The notes below the pieces were generated by a model. That model was not told the origin of the DNA. It was given only the letters and a program-made list of their open reading frames with translations, and did not search any database. Positions 19,632 to 29,617 of a stretch of 52,296 nucleotides of DNA are shown here, in pieces (position 1 is the stretch's first letter; each line of letters begins with the position of its first letter). The stretch spans positions 1-52,296 of the forward strand of contig JBDSEK010000183.1 in NCBI GenBank assembly GCA_039920085.1, read 5' to 3'. This stretch comes from Devosia sp. Its GTDB lineage: Bacteria > Pseudomonadota > Alphaproteobacteria > Rhizobiales > Devosiaceae. A program made the position numbers and the translations under genes.

Positions 19632-20305
19632 TAGGCCAGATGCTTGCGGAAGAATTCCAGCGAGCGTGCGGAGGCCTTTTTGCACGACGCCTCGTCGAAC
19701 CGCTCCGGGCGATCGGCATTGCAGAAGCCGTGCCCGGCTGGATAGACGTAGATGCCAGCATCGGGATAACGGGCGCGCAATTGTTCGACCTGCTCGAGCG
19801 GGATGCCGGTGTCCTTGTCGCCATAGTGCATCTCGATCGGGATTTTGGGCGCAAGGTCGATGTAGTTCGGGATGCCGCCGCCATAATAGCCCGAGGCGGC
19901 ACTCAGTCCGAGGCCGGCATGGGCGGCGCGCCAACTAACGGCGCCGCCGAAACAATAGCCCATGATGCCGACCTTGCCACCTTCGGCCGCCGATTTCACT
20001 GCCGCCTCGACATCGAGCAGAGCTTTGTCCTGGCTGAACGTCTTCATGATCTCACCCATGCGTGCCATGCCGCCGGGGCCATAATCTTCGCTGCGGTAAT
20101 CGAAGGAGACGCGGTCGAACATCGAGGGGGCAATGGCGAGGAAGCCATGCTTGGCCCAGCGATCAGTGACGGTGCTGATCCAGTGATTGACGCCCCAGAC
20201 CTCCTGGATGACGACGACGCCGCCACGCGGTATGCCCTCGGGGCGGGTGCGGTAGGCGTTCAAGACGAACCCGTCGCTGGCGGCGATGGTGATGCGTTCG
20301 CCCAT
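19631..20305 (-). CDS. Dienelactone hydrolase family protein
   Basis: VVIQEVWGVN, GYCFGG nucleophile, AGHGF. Confidence 0.93.
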   Translation of the reverse strand: MGERITIAASDGFVLNAYRTRPEGIPRGGVVVIQEVWGVNHWISTVTDRWAKHGFLAIAPSMFDRVSFDYRSEDYGPGGMARMGEIMKTFSQDKALLDVEAAVKSAAEGGKVGIMGYCFGGAVSWRAAHAGLGLSAASGYYGGGIPNYIDLAPKIPIEMHYGDKDTGIPLEQVEQLRARYPDAGIYVYPAGHGFCNADRPERFDEASCKKASARSLEFFRKHLA

Positions 20306-20551
20306 TGGCCCGATCCTCCTCAAGATGAGGTGCGATCGGAGCACGAAAGTCGCGTCGGGGCAAATTGCGGCGGGTGAACGCGCATCAGTGAACGACCGTC
20401 CGACGACCACGCGCGGTGCTTGCCGAATGCACAATGATTCTCCATTCTGGGTGGAGCGTCAGTCGCGGTTTGGGAGCCGGCAATATCCGTTAAAAGGCAA
20501 CGCAGCCGCCGGCATTGGGCCAACCGTGGACTTCTGGCCGGGGGCCTACTG

Positions 20552-21094
20552 TTGCTTGCCATTGCCGTCCCCGCCAATGCGGGCGCGACGTTCCGCACCG
20601 ACTACCGCTATTACAGCGTCGGCGGCACGACGGAGAGGGCGATCGTCTCGTATATGCGGCAGCATCCCTACACCGGTAACACTGGCCACGCTTACGCCAA
20701 TATCAAGCACCGCTTCCAACTCGACATCGACACGGTGCAAGACGGCAAGATCTGCAAGGTCGAGGACATCGATCTGGCGATCTCCTTTGTCATCACTTTG
20801 CCGAAATCGTCGAGGCCCGCAGCCTTGACCCGGAGCGCCCGGCAATCCTTCGAGGGCTTTGCGAACTTCGCCAAAAAGCACGAGGAGACGCATCGTGCGA
20901 GCTTTGTCGATTGCGGCAAATCCTTCGTCGCCAAGGCAAAGCGGCAGAGTGCAGGGCAATGTTCGGCGCTCACCCGCGACATCCGAAATCTGCTGCGATC
21001 ATCGGATCGCGATTGCGAGGCCAAGCAGCGTTCCCTCGACCGGCGGGACAGTACTCGCGTCAACAGCCTGCCGCTGTTCCGCAAAGGGCGCTAG
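20552..21094 (+). CDS. DUF922-like putative secreted Zn-dependent protease (start uncertain)
   Basis: YYSVGG, ITLPK, HEETH motif, Cys pattern. Confidence 0.7.
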   Translation: MLAIAVPANAGATFRTDYRYYSVGGTTERAIVSYMRQHPYTGNTGHAYANIKHRFQLDIDTVQDGKICKVEDIDLAISFVITLPKSSRPAALTRSARQSFEGFANFAKKHEETHRASFVDCGKSFVAKAKRQSAGQCSALTRDIRNLLRSSDRDCEAKQRSLDRRDSTRVNSLPLFRKGR

Positions 21095-21540
21095 TCGCTC
21101 CAGCGGGCCTTGGCACGCTCATCCTCGCTGCGCTGTTCGACCCATTGCTCGCCGCTGGACGTTGCTTCCTTCTTCCAGAAGGGCGCCTCGCTTTTGAGGT
21201 AGTCCATCAGGAACTCCGCGGCCGAGAACGCCGCCTGCCGATGGGGCGCCGCCGTCATCACCTGGACGATCGGCTCGCCGGGGCTCAGCGTGCCGTAGCG
21301 GTGGATGATGGTGACGGCGCTGAGGGCAAAGCGGGTGGTTGCCTCGGTGGCGAGCCGGGCGATCTCGTTACTGGCGAGGTCCGGATAGCACTCGAGCGTC
21401 AGGGCTTCCACAGGCGCATCGGGGCGGGAGCGGACGAGGCCGGTGAAGGTGACGGTGGCGCCGGCGCATGCAGCGGCGGCGATGAAGGCGTTGGTCTCGG
21501 CGCCTGGATCGAAAGGCGCTGTCTCGACGCGGATCTCCAC
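21091..21540 (-). CDS. moaE: Molybdopterin synthase catalytic subunit
   Basis: GATVTFTGLVR, HRYG, HRQAAF, DYLKSEAPFWKKE. Confidence 0.95.
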   Translation of the reverse strand: MEIRVETAPFDPGAETNAFIAAAACAGATVTFTGLVRSRPDAPVEALTLECYPDLASNEIARLATEATTRFALSAVTIIHRYGTLSPGEPIVQVMTAAPHRQAAFSAAEFLMDYLKSEAPFWKKEATSSGEQWVEQRSEDERAKARWSD

Positions 21541-21541
21541 T

Positions 21542-21793
21542 TTAGCCGCCGGTCATCGGCGGCAGCAGCGCGATCGTGGTGGCGCCGGCGATCGGGGAAT
21601 CGAGCTTGGCGAGCCGCGCATTGATCGCGGCGCGGATCAGGCGCTCGTTTGCGAAGACCAGGTCAGCGGCTTCATCGCGGGAGCGCAGCCAGCCGATGAG
21701 ATCGCGCACCGTGACGACTTCGGGGGGCGGGGCGATGTCTTCCTCGCCGCGGCCGAGCCGTTCGCGGAAGAGGGCGAAATAGAGGATCTTCAT
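21542..21793 (-). CDS. moaD: Molybdopterin synthase sulfur carrier
   Basis: KILYFA N-terminus, PPMTGG C-terminus. Confidence 0.95.
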   Translation of the reverse strand: MKILYFALFRERLGRGEEDIAPPPEVVTVRDLIGWLRSRDEAADLVFANERLIRAAINARLAKLDSPIAGATTIALLPPMTGG

Positions 21794-22374
21794 GGCAGCG
21801 GCGGAGCGGGCGGCGGGCTGCCGAAATTGGCCCAGGTTGAGGCGAGATATTGCCAGCCGGTCCAGACGGTGAGGATGGCCGCGAGCCAGAGCAACCCGCC
21901 CGAGATGAAGCCGAAGCTCGGCAGCAGGCTATCGACGAAAACGAAGAACAGCGCGACAAGTTGGAGCGTCGTCTTCCACTTGGCGAGGAAGGTGACCGGC
22001 ACGCTGATGGCGCGGCCGCCCAGATATTCGCGAAGGCCGGCGACGAAGATTTCGCGCAGCATAATGGCTATGGCGGGCGCCAGCTCCCAGACGGAAAAGT
22101 CGCGGGTCCAGGCGAAGGTGATGAGCAAGGCGCCGACAAGCAGCTTGTCGGCGATGGGGTCGAGCATCTTGCCGAGATCGGAGCCGGTCCCCATCCGGCG
22201 GGCGAGGTAGCCGTCGAGCCAGTCGGTGATGGCGGCGGCGACATAGAGCAGCAGCGCCAACCAGCGCAGCCAGCCCCAGCCGATGACGAGCAGCAGGCAG
22301 ATCACCGGAATGGCGGCGATGCGCGCGAGGGTCAGCTGGTTGGGCAGCGATTTCAGTTCGGCTGGGATCTGCAT
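21790..22374 (-). CDS. pgsA: Phosphatidylglycerophosphate synthase
   Basis: PNQLTLAR, TDWLDGYLARR...GKMLDPIADK, AKWKTTLQ. Confidence 0.95.
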   Translation of the reverse strand: MQIPAELKSLPNQLTLARIAAIPVICLLLVIGWGWLRWLALLLYVAAAITDWLDGYLARRMGTGSDLGKMLDPIADKLLVGALLITFAWTRDFSVWELAPAIAIMLREIFVAGLREYLGGRAISVPVTFLAKWKTTLQLVALFFVFVDSLLPSFGFISGGLLWLAAILTVWTGWQYLASTWANFGSPPPAPPLP

Positions 22375-22427
22375 GGCCGGAGGGAACAAGATTGGGGCGG
22401 GTGGGTCAAGATGTCATGCCGTGAGGG

Positions 22428-23717
22428 TCAGGGCAGAAGGCCTGGAAAATAGCGATTGGCGCCGGGCAGCATGTGGTCTTTGAGTTCGGCAACGGGCAAA
22501 ACCAGCAAATCCTCGGCGCAGGCCTGGATCGCGTGTGGCAGTCCATCGAGGCGGAAGACGATCTGGTCCGGCTGGCGAAAGCCGATGGCGAGATTGTTGC
22601 GGACGAGCTTCTCGTAGCCGCATTCCTCCGTGAACCCGTCATCGGTGGAAAGGCTCGCCCGGCTGAGGATGAAGCCGGCGAGATCTTCGTCGGCGCCCCA
22701 ATTGTAGCTTGCGGGGTCCTGGCGCGCGGTTTCGAGATCGACGATTTCGCTGCTCATGAAATCGCGCGCCACGAAGCCCTTTACAAGCAGGCTTGGATCG
22801 ACGGGCTGGCCAGTTGCAACGTCGATGTTGAAACTATGGGCGTGGTTCTCGGGATAGGCATTGCCGCAAAAGAGGCTGCCGCTCTCGGTGAAACTAAGAA
22901 GTTGAGGGCTTAGGTAGTCGACGACGATCTGTTCTTCGTCGAAGCCGCCCAGTGTGCCGCCATCGGGGGGCACTTGGCCGCCCGGCGCCATCGATGGAAA
23001 GATCTGCGCCTTGCAGTTGAGCGCGGCAAGACGCATTGCCCAGTCGCGTTGCTCAAGGATCGCGTTGACCGGGGTGATGTCGGCCCCGCCCAGATCGGTG
23101 ACGCGGGGGTACTGGAACAGAGTTCTGGAGTCGGTAACGTATTCGAATTCGACGTTGCCCCAGCGGCTCCTGTCCGAATGGGTGACCGGGACATCGACCT
23201 TGAGGAAGTCATAGGGCGAGGTCTCGGGCGTCAGGACATCAATGCCGCCAAGCAGATATGTGCCGAATTCGGCGAGGTCAGCGGGAGAAGGGGGATCGTT
23301 TGACACAAAAGGCCGAGTGCCGGTTCGCTCGAGGTGGATGGGCAAGAGATTGCTGCCCGTGGGTCCCCAGGTTCCCGAGAGGGTCGCGCCGTCATCAGCT
23401 GTCGTGAGAGCCCAGATCGCCGCTGGCTCTCGTTCTACGATCAACCCACTTTGGTCGATCTCGCATTCTTCCGGATCGCAGGGCGACTCTTCGAGCAGCT
23501 CAATTTGCCCGTCAGTGACGTTCCTGGTGCTGAGTGGGATGTCGATGCCTTCGGTCACATAAAAATAGCGACCAAACACCCCCGCCGCTGCGCTCTCCGG
23601 TGGCTCGGAGAATTCGACGACGATGGGAATGGCATTGAGATCGCCGCGATAGGTCACCGCATCGGCGAACGCCGGCGAGGCGAGGATAATGGCGGCGGCG
23701 AGCAAAGCAAGGCGCAT
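22428..23717 (-). CDS. Hypothetical acidic secreted protein (429 aa)
   Basis: Signal peptide MRLALLAAAIILASPAFA; long ORF between uvrC and pgsA. Confidence 0.8.
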   Translation of the reverse strand: MRLALLAAAIILASPAFADAVTYRGDLNAIPIVVEFSEPPESAAAGVFGRYFYVTEGIDIPLSTRNVTDGQIELLEESPCDPEECEIDQSGLIVEREPAAIWALTTADDGATLSGTWGPTGSNLLPIHLERTGTRPFVSNDPPSPADLAEFGTYLLGGIDVLTPETSPYDFLKVDVPVTHSDRSRWGNVEFEYVTDSRTLFQYPRVTDLGGADITPVNAILEQRDWAMRLAALNCKAQIFPSMAPGGQVPPDGGTLGGFDEEQIVVDYLSPQLLSFTESGSLFCGNAYPENHAHSFNIDVATGQPVDPSLLVKGFVARDFMSSEIVDLETARQDPASYNWGADEDLAGFILSRASLSTDDGFTEECGYEKLVRNNLAIGFRQPDQIVFRLDGLPHAIQACAEDLLVLPVAELKDHMLPGANRYFPGLLP

Positions 23718-23787
23718 GGCGTTTCCGTTTGTGTCGGATAGGGGGTGCGGGCTGAATTGGACGTGAATGTGTCAGCCGCCCTGCGAC

Positions 23788-25665
23788 CTAGTCGCTGCGG
23801 TTGAAATGGTCGTAGACCAGTTGCGCAGTGGCATTGGAGATGCCGGGGATGGCGGCGAGGTCGGCGAGGGAGGCGCGGCTGACGGCTTTGGCGGAGCCGA
23901 AATGCTGCAGCAGGGCGCGCTTGCGGTTGGGGCCGATGCCTTCGATTTCGTCGAGCGGGTTGCGCACGATATCCTTCTTGCGGCGGGCGCGATGGGTGCC
24001 GATAGCGAAGCGATGCGCCTCGTCGCGGAGCCGCTGGACGAAATAGAGCACCGGGTCGCGATGCGGCAGCATGAACGCCTCTTTGCCCTCCATGAAGAAT
24101 TTCTCGCGGCCGGCGTCGCGCTCTTCGCCCTTGGCGATGCCGATAAAGGTGACTTCGCGCGGTAGCTCGAGTCCGGCGATGACTTCGCGCACGGCGTTGA
24201 GCTGGCCCTGTCCGCCGTCGATGAACACGACATCGGGCCAGTCGGGCATGCCACTGTTTTCATCCTCGGCGTCGGGCTCGCTTTCGCTGGCGAGACGCGA
24301 GAAGCGGCGGGTCAGCACTTCGCGCATCATGCCGAAATCGTCGCCGGGAGTGATGTCGGTCGAGCGGATATTGAAGGTGCGGTAGTGCTTTTTCGAGAAG
24401 CCCTCCTCGCCCGAGACGATCATGGCGCCCACGGCATTGGTGCCCGAGATGTGGGAGTTGTCATAGACCTCGATGCGGCGCGGCGGCTCGTCGAGGCTGA
24501 AGAGCTCGGCGACCCCTTCGAGCAATTGCTTTTGGGTGGCGCCCTCGGCGAGCTGCCGACCCAGGGCCTCGCGCGCATTGTTGAGCGCGTGATTGACGAG
24601 GTCGCGCTTGTCGCCGCGCTGCGGCACTTCGACATAGACGCGCGCGCCGAGCCGGGAGGTCAGCGCCTCCTCCAGGACGGCGCGATCGGCGGGCTCGTGG
24701 CTCAAGAGGACGAGTTTGGGTGGCGTACGGTCTTCGTAAAACTGGCCCATAAAGGCCTGGAGGACGTCCGTGTCACTCAGACTGGCATCGGCTTTGGGGC
24801 GGAAGGCGTGGTTGCCCCAGTTCTGATGGGCCCGGTAAAAGAAGACCTGGACGCAGAACTGGCCGGCTTCATGCGCGATGGCGAAGACATCGGCCTCATC
24901 GACTGAACGAGCGGCGGCGTCGGACTGACCCTGGACCAGCGCAAGCGCTGAAAGGCGATCCCGAAGCAGCGCGGCGCGTTCGAAATCGAGCGCCTCGGCG
25001 GCGCCGTTCATATCCTTTTGCAGATGGTCCTGCACCGATTGGGAGCGGCCGGTGAGGAATTGGCGCGCCTCGTCGACGAGTCCCCCATAGGCTTCGATCG
25101 AGATTTCGCCGGTGCAGGGCGCCGAGCAGCGCTTGATCTGATGCAGCATGCAGGGCCGGGTGCGGGCCTTGTAGAAACTGTCGGAGCAAGTGCGCAGCAG
25201 GAAGGCCTTCTGCAGTGAGGTGACGGTACGCTTGACGGCGAGGGCCGAGGCGAAGGGGCCGAAATAGTGCCCTTTCTTGCGTCGCACGCCGCGATGTTTG
25301 GTGAGCTCGGGTGCTTCGTGCTCCGTGGCGATGAGGATATAGGGGAAGCTCTTGTCGTCGCGCAGCAGCACGTTGAAGCGCGGCTTCAGCCGCTTGATGA
25401 GGTTGGCCTCCAGCAGCAGCGCCTCGGCCTCCGTTTCGGTGCGAACGAACTCCATCGAATGGGTCGCAGCGATCATTCGCTGCAGGCGAACTTCGAGCGC
25501 TTCGGGGCGGGTGTAGTTGGTGACGCGCGCCTTGAGACTGCGGGCCTTGCCGACATACATCACCTCGCCCGCAACATCGATCATCCGGTAGACGCCGGGA
25601 GAAGAGGGCAGCGTCTTGACGAAGGCGCGGATGATCTCGGCGCCCAATTGCGGGCTATCGGTCAT
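23788..25665 (-). CDS. uvrC: Excinuclease ABC subunit C
   Basis: PGVYRM...YVGKA GIY-YIG domain, [25 protein letters not shown], HhH. Confidence 0.98.
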   Translation of the reverse strand: MTDSPQLGAEIIRAFVKTLPSSPGVYRMIDVAGEVMYVGKARSLKARVTNYTRPEALEVRLQRMIAATHSMEFVRTETEAEALLLEANLIKRLKPRFNVLLRDDKSFPYILIATEHEAPELTKHRGVRRKKGHYFGPFASALAVKRTVTSLQKAFLLRTCSDSFYKARTRPCMLHQIKRCSAPCTGEISIEAYGGLVDEARQFLTGRSQSVQDHLQKDMNGAAEALDFERAALLRDRLSALALVQGQSDAAARSVDEADVFAIAHEAGQFCVQVFFYRAHQNWGNHAFRPKADASLSDTDVLQAFMGQFYEDRTPPKLVLLSHEPADRAVLEEALTSRLGARVYVEVPQRGDKRDLVNHALNNAREALGRQLAEGATQKQLLEGVAELFSLDEPPRRIEVYDNSHISGTNAVGAMIVSGEEGFSKKHYRTFNIRSTDITPGDDFGMMREVLTRRFSRLASESEPDAEDENSGMPDWPDVVFIDGGQGQLNAVREVIAGLELPREVTFIGIAKGEERDAGREKFFMEGKEAFMLPHRDPVLYFVQRLRDEAHRFAIGTHRARRKKDIVRNPLDEIEGIGPNRKRALLQHFGSAKAVSRASLADLAAIPGISNATAQLVYDHFNRSD

Positions 25666-26456
25666 CGCTTGTTCCGACGCGGCGTCGGCCCGCGCTGCGA
25701 TGGGAAATCGAGATGCCGTCCGCCATCGAGCGCGATCATCTGTCCGGTCACTGAGCGAGCGCTTAACAGATAGAGCACGGCGTCGCCGATATCGCCCGGG
25801 CTTGCGCCATAACCGAGCGGCGAAGCCGCTTGGGATTTGCGGAACACGGCTTCCGACTGGCTGGCTTCCGGAAGGGTTGGGCCGGGACCGATGGCGTTGA
25901 CGCGGATGCGCGGGGCGAGCGATTGCGCGAGCGTCTGCGTCATGGTCCAGAGCAGCGCTTTAGAGAGCGTGTAGCTGAAATAGTTTGGCGTCAGCCGCAG
26001 CACGCGTTCGTCGATGAGGTTGACGATGTTGCCCTCTGCGCCCTCGGGCAACTGCGCGGCGAAATCGCGCGCCAGGAAGGCCGGCGCCTTGGCGTGGATC
26101 GCCATATGCCGGTCCCACAATGTCTCATCAAGATCGCGAGCAGAATCCGGCTCGAACGATGAGGCATTGTTGATGAGAGCGGTCACCGGCCCGAAGGGCA
26201 TCGCGGCACTGGCCATCAGCCTGTCGCGCTGGGTGCGGATCGCGAGATCGGCTTTGGCAGTGGCCGCTTTTCCACCCGCAGCGACAAGCTCGGCGCAGAG
26301 CGCCTTTGCCGCCGCCTGCCGGCCTCGGTGATGGATAGTAACGGCCCAGCCGGCGCCGGAGAGAGCGCGCGCGATCGTCGCGCCGATGCGGTCGGCGCCG
26401 CCGGTGACGAGCGCCACGGGCGCAGCTTTGGAAGGATGATTCGGCCGGGCGATCAT
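25662..26456 (-). CDS. SDR oxidoreductase (pteridine reductase-like)
   Basis: [26 protein letters not shown]. Confidence 0.92.
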   Translation of the reverse strand: MIARPNHPSKAAPVALVTGGADRIGATIARALSGAGWAVTIHHRGRQAAAKALCAELVAAGGKAATAKADLAIRTQRDRLMASAAMPFGPVTALINNASSFEPDSARDLDETLWDRHMAIHAKAPAFLARDFAAQLPEGAEGNIVNLIDERVLRLTPNYFSYTLSKALLWTMTQTLAQSLAPRIRVNAIGPGPTLPEASQSEAVFRKSQAASPLGYGASPGDIGDAVLYLLSARSVTGQMIALDGGRHLDFPSQRGPTPRRNKR

Positions 26457-26659
26457 GGGATGGACCAAGATAGGATTTTGTCGGTCTATCGGGAAGGGCG
26501 GACCGAAAATGACAGCGGGAAGGGCCTTGCAGGCCCCTTTGGAGGGGTATGGACGGGGGAAGATGCCGGGCAAACCCTTTCGAGGTGCACTTGAGACGCG
26601 TAGAATTGCGTTTGCGAAGGCGGGGGCCTTCCCCGCCAGAGGGAAGGAGAACTGTTCCT

Positions 26660-26947
26660 ATGGATTGGCTTGGACTGATCATTCAATTGATCGGCGGCGC
26701 GGTCGGGGGCTATGGAACCGGTCGCGTTGCCAAGAATATGAGTTTGGGGACCACGGGCGATGTGATCGCAGGTCTGGTCGGTGGTTTCGGCGGCACGTGG
26801 CTCGCCGGAATGATTCCGGGACTTGCGGCGATGCTGACGGGCGGTGGGGCCGCGTATGTCGGCCAAGCCCTGACGGGCGTCATCGGCGGCGGCATCCTGA
26901 CGGCAATCGTCGGGGCGATCCGCAAGGCGACGATGAAAACAACTTAA
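26660..26947 (+). CDS. Small Gly-rich membrane protein
   Basis: AAGGAG RBS; three hydrophobic GxxGG helices. Confidence 0.75.
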   Translation: MDWLGLIIQLIGGAVGGYGTGRVAKNMSLGTTGDVIAGLVGGFGGTWLAGMIPGLAAMLTGGGAAYVGQALTGVIGGGILTAIVGAIRKATMKTT

Positions 26948-27011
26948 GCCGCGTCGGCCTCATAATGCCGGGCCGCGCTATTCGCGGTCCGGCAAATACC
27001 GGACCTTAGAC

Positions 27012-27935
27012 ATGATAGACCAAGCCTCGCGTTCGGTGTCGGATAACACCGCGCGCGGCATCCTCTTGGCGTTGATTGCGACGCTGGTGTTTTCAACGCA
27101 GGACGCGACCTCGAAATTCCTGGTGGCGTCGGTGTCGCCATTCCAGATGACCATGATGCGGTTCTGGGCCTTCGCGGCCCTTTCGCTGTTCCTAGTCTGG
27201 CGGCAGGGGCCGTTGCGCGAGGCCTTCCGGTCGCGCCAGCCCTGGACCCAGATCACGCGCGGCCTGTTGCTGGTGGTCGACATCTGGATGTTCGTGCTGG
27301 CGCTGAGGACGGTGCCGCTCGACGCGGTGCAGGGGATTACGCTGGTTTATCCATTGCTCGTGACGCTGGTGGCCATTCCGTTGCTGGGCGAGCGGGTGGG
27401 GCTGTTCAGGATCGGCGCCGTCGCCACCGGACTCGTTGGCGCGCTGGTGATTGTGCGACCTGGTGGGGTGCCGCTCGATTGGGGCGTGGCGTTCGCGGTC
27501 GGGTCGGGCAGCTGTTACGCCATCTATATCGTCTTGACGCGGCGCGTCTCGGCGACGGATTCGGCGAGCACGAGCATGTTCTATGTCGGCATGGTCGGAC
27601 TGGTGGTGAGTTCGACCGTCGGGATTTTCTTCTGGCAGCCGCTCGACCTGCAATCGGCATTGCTGATCGGCTACATCATGCTGACCGGATGCGTCGCGCA
27701 TGGGCTGATGATCCTCGCGCTATCTATGGCGCCGGCCAGCGTGCTGCAGCCCTTCAGCTATACGGCGCTGCCCTGGGCGCTGGCCTTCAGCTATTTCGTC
27801 TTCCACGAACTGATCGATCCGATCTCGCTGCTGGGGGCGGCAATCGTGGTAGCGGCCGGCCTGGTGGTGATGGCGCGCGAGCGGTTGAAGTCGGTACCGG
27901 CCAAGATCGACGCCGCCCCCCCGGGAAAAGAATAG
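27012..27935 (+). CDS. DMT/EamA-family transporter
   Basis: About 10 TM helices, LLGERVG, APASVLQPFSY. Confidence 0.92.
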   Translation: MIDQASRSVSDNTARGILLALIATLVFSTQDATSKFLVASVSPFQMTMMRFWAFAALSLFLVWRQGPLREAFRSRQPWTQITRGLLLVVDIWMFVLALRTVPLDAVQGITLVYPLLVTLVAIPLLGERVGLFRIGAVATGLVGALVIVRPGGVPLDWGVAFAVGSGSCYAIYIVLTRRVSATDSASTSMFYVGMVGLVVSSTVGIFFWQPLDLQSALLIGYIMLTGCVAHGLMILALSMAPASVLQPFSYTALPWALAFSYFVFHELIDPISLLGAAIVVAAGLVVMARERLKSVPAKIDAAPPGKE

Positions 27936-28016
27936 CGGCCGGGGCGTTGCAAACTCTTGAAATCGCACGGCGCGATGGGCACGTCTTGTTGCGAGCGATG
28001 AGCGGGGAGGCGTCCG

Positions 28017-28457
28017 ATGCCGGTATTGGTCGAAATTGCCCTGGCGCTGCTGCTGGTTGGCACGGCGGTGAGCTATTTCACGCGCGGCAAGGCGCTGACC
28101 GAGCGGCAGGCGATGACCGAGCGCCGGGTCGACGCCTATGTCGAGACCATTCGCCGCGAGGGCGGCAATAGCGAGCTGAGCGCGATGAGCGACACCGAGT
28201 TGCGCGATCTGCTGCTGTCGAGCGCGCACAATCTGCGGGTGATGCGCGACCGGCGGCGCTATCTGCTGTTCGCGGGCGTGCTGGTGGCGCTGATTGCGGC
28301 GATCCTGGTCGGCACCGAAGATGGCGCCCGCGGCTTCGGCATTGCGCTGTTTGCGGGCGCGCTCGTGCTCTACGGCACCAATGAATTTCTCGGCCGGCAG
28401 ATGGTGGCGCCGATGCTGGACAAGGGCATCGATGTGGAACGGCTGCGGGTCGAATAG
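28017..28457 (+). CDS. Hypothetical membrane protein
   Basis: GGAGG RBS, three hydrophobic segments, host-like codon usage. Confidence 0.7.
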   Translation: MPVLVEIALALLLVGTAVSYFTRGKALTERQAMTERRVDAYVETIRREGGNSELSAMSDTELRDLLLSSAHNLRVMRDRRRYLLFAGVLVALIAAILVGTEDGARGFGIALFAGALVLYGTNEFLGRQMVAPMLDKGIDVERLRVE

Positions 28458-28465
28458 CTCCCTGG

Positions 28466-28687
28466 CTAAAGCCGCCGCATCTTGCCGTACATGAAGATGA
28501 TGGCGCCGGCGGCGACCAGGACGACCGGGGCGATGACGAGGGCCGAGAGCAATGTCGGGTCGAGGGTGATGCGACCCTTGCCGGCCATTTCGCTCAGGCC
28601 GTAACGCTCGAGGGTGAACATCCCGGCGCCGAGCAGCACCAGCGTCGAGGCGAGCTTCAGATAAGGCTTCATGCCTTTTTCGGCCAT
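28466..28687 (-). CDS. Small hypothetical membrane protein
   Basis: AAGGAG RBS, two TM segments. Confidence 0.65.
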   Translation of the reverse strand: MAEKGMKPYLKLASTLVLLGAGMFTLERYGLSEMAGKGRITLDPTLLSALVIAPVVLVAAGAIIFMYGKMRRL

Positions 28688-28726
28688 GGCGGTCTCCTTG
28701 GCGGAGAATTAGTGGGTACAATAGCA

Positions 28727-28754
28727 AAGCGCCAGCCCCGAGGGACTGGCGCTT
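28727..28754 (-). terminator. Probable terminator hairpin after the SH3-domain gene
   Basis: AAGCGCCAG...CTGGCGCTT stem with a short T run. Confidence 0.55.
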
Positions 28755-28779
28755 GATGTCATTCGTTTAACGGCGAAAA

Positions 28780-29112
28780 TCAGCCTTTGACGCAGACCTT
28801 GCCGAGCGGGCCCATGAAGCAGAACTGCACGCCGGGCGCCGGATCATCTTCATAGTCGAGTTCGAGCTTGTAGGAGCGGATCCAGCCATTCGGGCCCGGG
28901 ATCGCGATCTTGTACCAATTGCCCCACTCACCGATGATCTGGACCAGATCGCCCTCTTCGACGTCGTTGACGACCGACGAGGAGTTCGAGTGGTTGTAGC
29001 GGATCAGCGAATCCTGCTCGACGATCGCGTAGGTCGCGGCGAGCGAGGAGGTGGCGGTGGCGAAGACGAGGGCGGCGGCGATGGCACCGGTCTTGACGAG
29101 GGAGAGGGTCAT
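28780..29112 (-). CDS. Secreted bacterial SH3-domain protein
   Basis: Signal peptide; GDLVQIIGEWGNWYKI...GWI. Confidence 0.8.
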   Translation of the reverse strand: MTLSLVKTGAIAAALVFATATSSLAATYAIVEQDSLIRYNHSNSSSVVNDVEEGDLVQIIGEWGNWYKIAIPGPNGWIRSYKLELDYEDDPAPGVQFCFMGPLGKVCVKG

Positions 29113-29211
29113 TTCTGAATTCCTTTCGTTCATGGCGGCAGCGCACTGCCTTGTCCCGAACCTAGGATGGCTTAGATGAATGGAGGCTGACCGAGCCATT
29201 TAGAGGCAATT

Positions 29212-29553
29212 TTAGTCAAACATGCCCATGGCGTCGTCCTCCCAGCCAGGCTCAAGCACGCTCATAAAGGGCGTAACGAGCGCCTGCTTGGCGCCGCCTG
29301 TGAGCTCCGAGCCGCGCACCCAGCCATCGGGCCCGTCCCAGCGGACATGGCACCACTCGCTGTGGGGCGGCGTGCAGTAATCGATCTCGACATCGGTGCC
29401 GCGCTTGATGCGCGCGAGTTCGCTGCCCTTGCCCCAGGCGCGCGGATAGACGATCGCGGTCTCGCGCGTCGTGACAATGGGCCAGGCGGCGGCGGGCAGG
29501 GTGGTAAGGGTGAGGCTGGTGGTGGCGATGAGAGTGGCGAGGATCAGTCGCAT
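29212..29553 (-). CDS. Secreted bacterial SH3-domain protein
   Basis: Signal peptide; GTDVEIDYC...WCHVRWDGPDGWV. Confidence 0.8.
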   Translation of the reverse strand: MRLILATLIATTSLTLTTLPAAAWPIVTTRETAIVYPRAWGKGSELARIKRGTDVEIDYCTPPHSEWCHVRWDGPDGWVRGSELTGGAKQALVTPFMSVLEPGWEDDAMGMFD

Positions 29554-29617
29554 GATGTGCCTTTCTGCCCCCGCGCGATGATAGCGCGGGGGATCGGAGT
29601 TGCGCAATGATCCGCCC

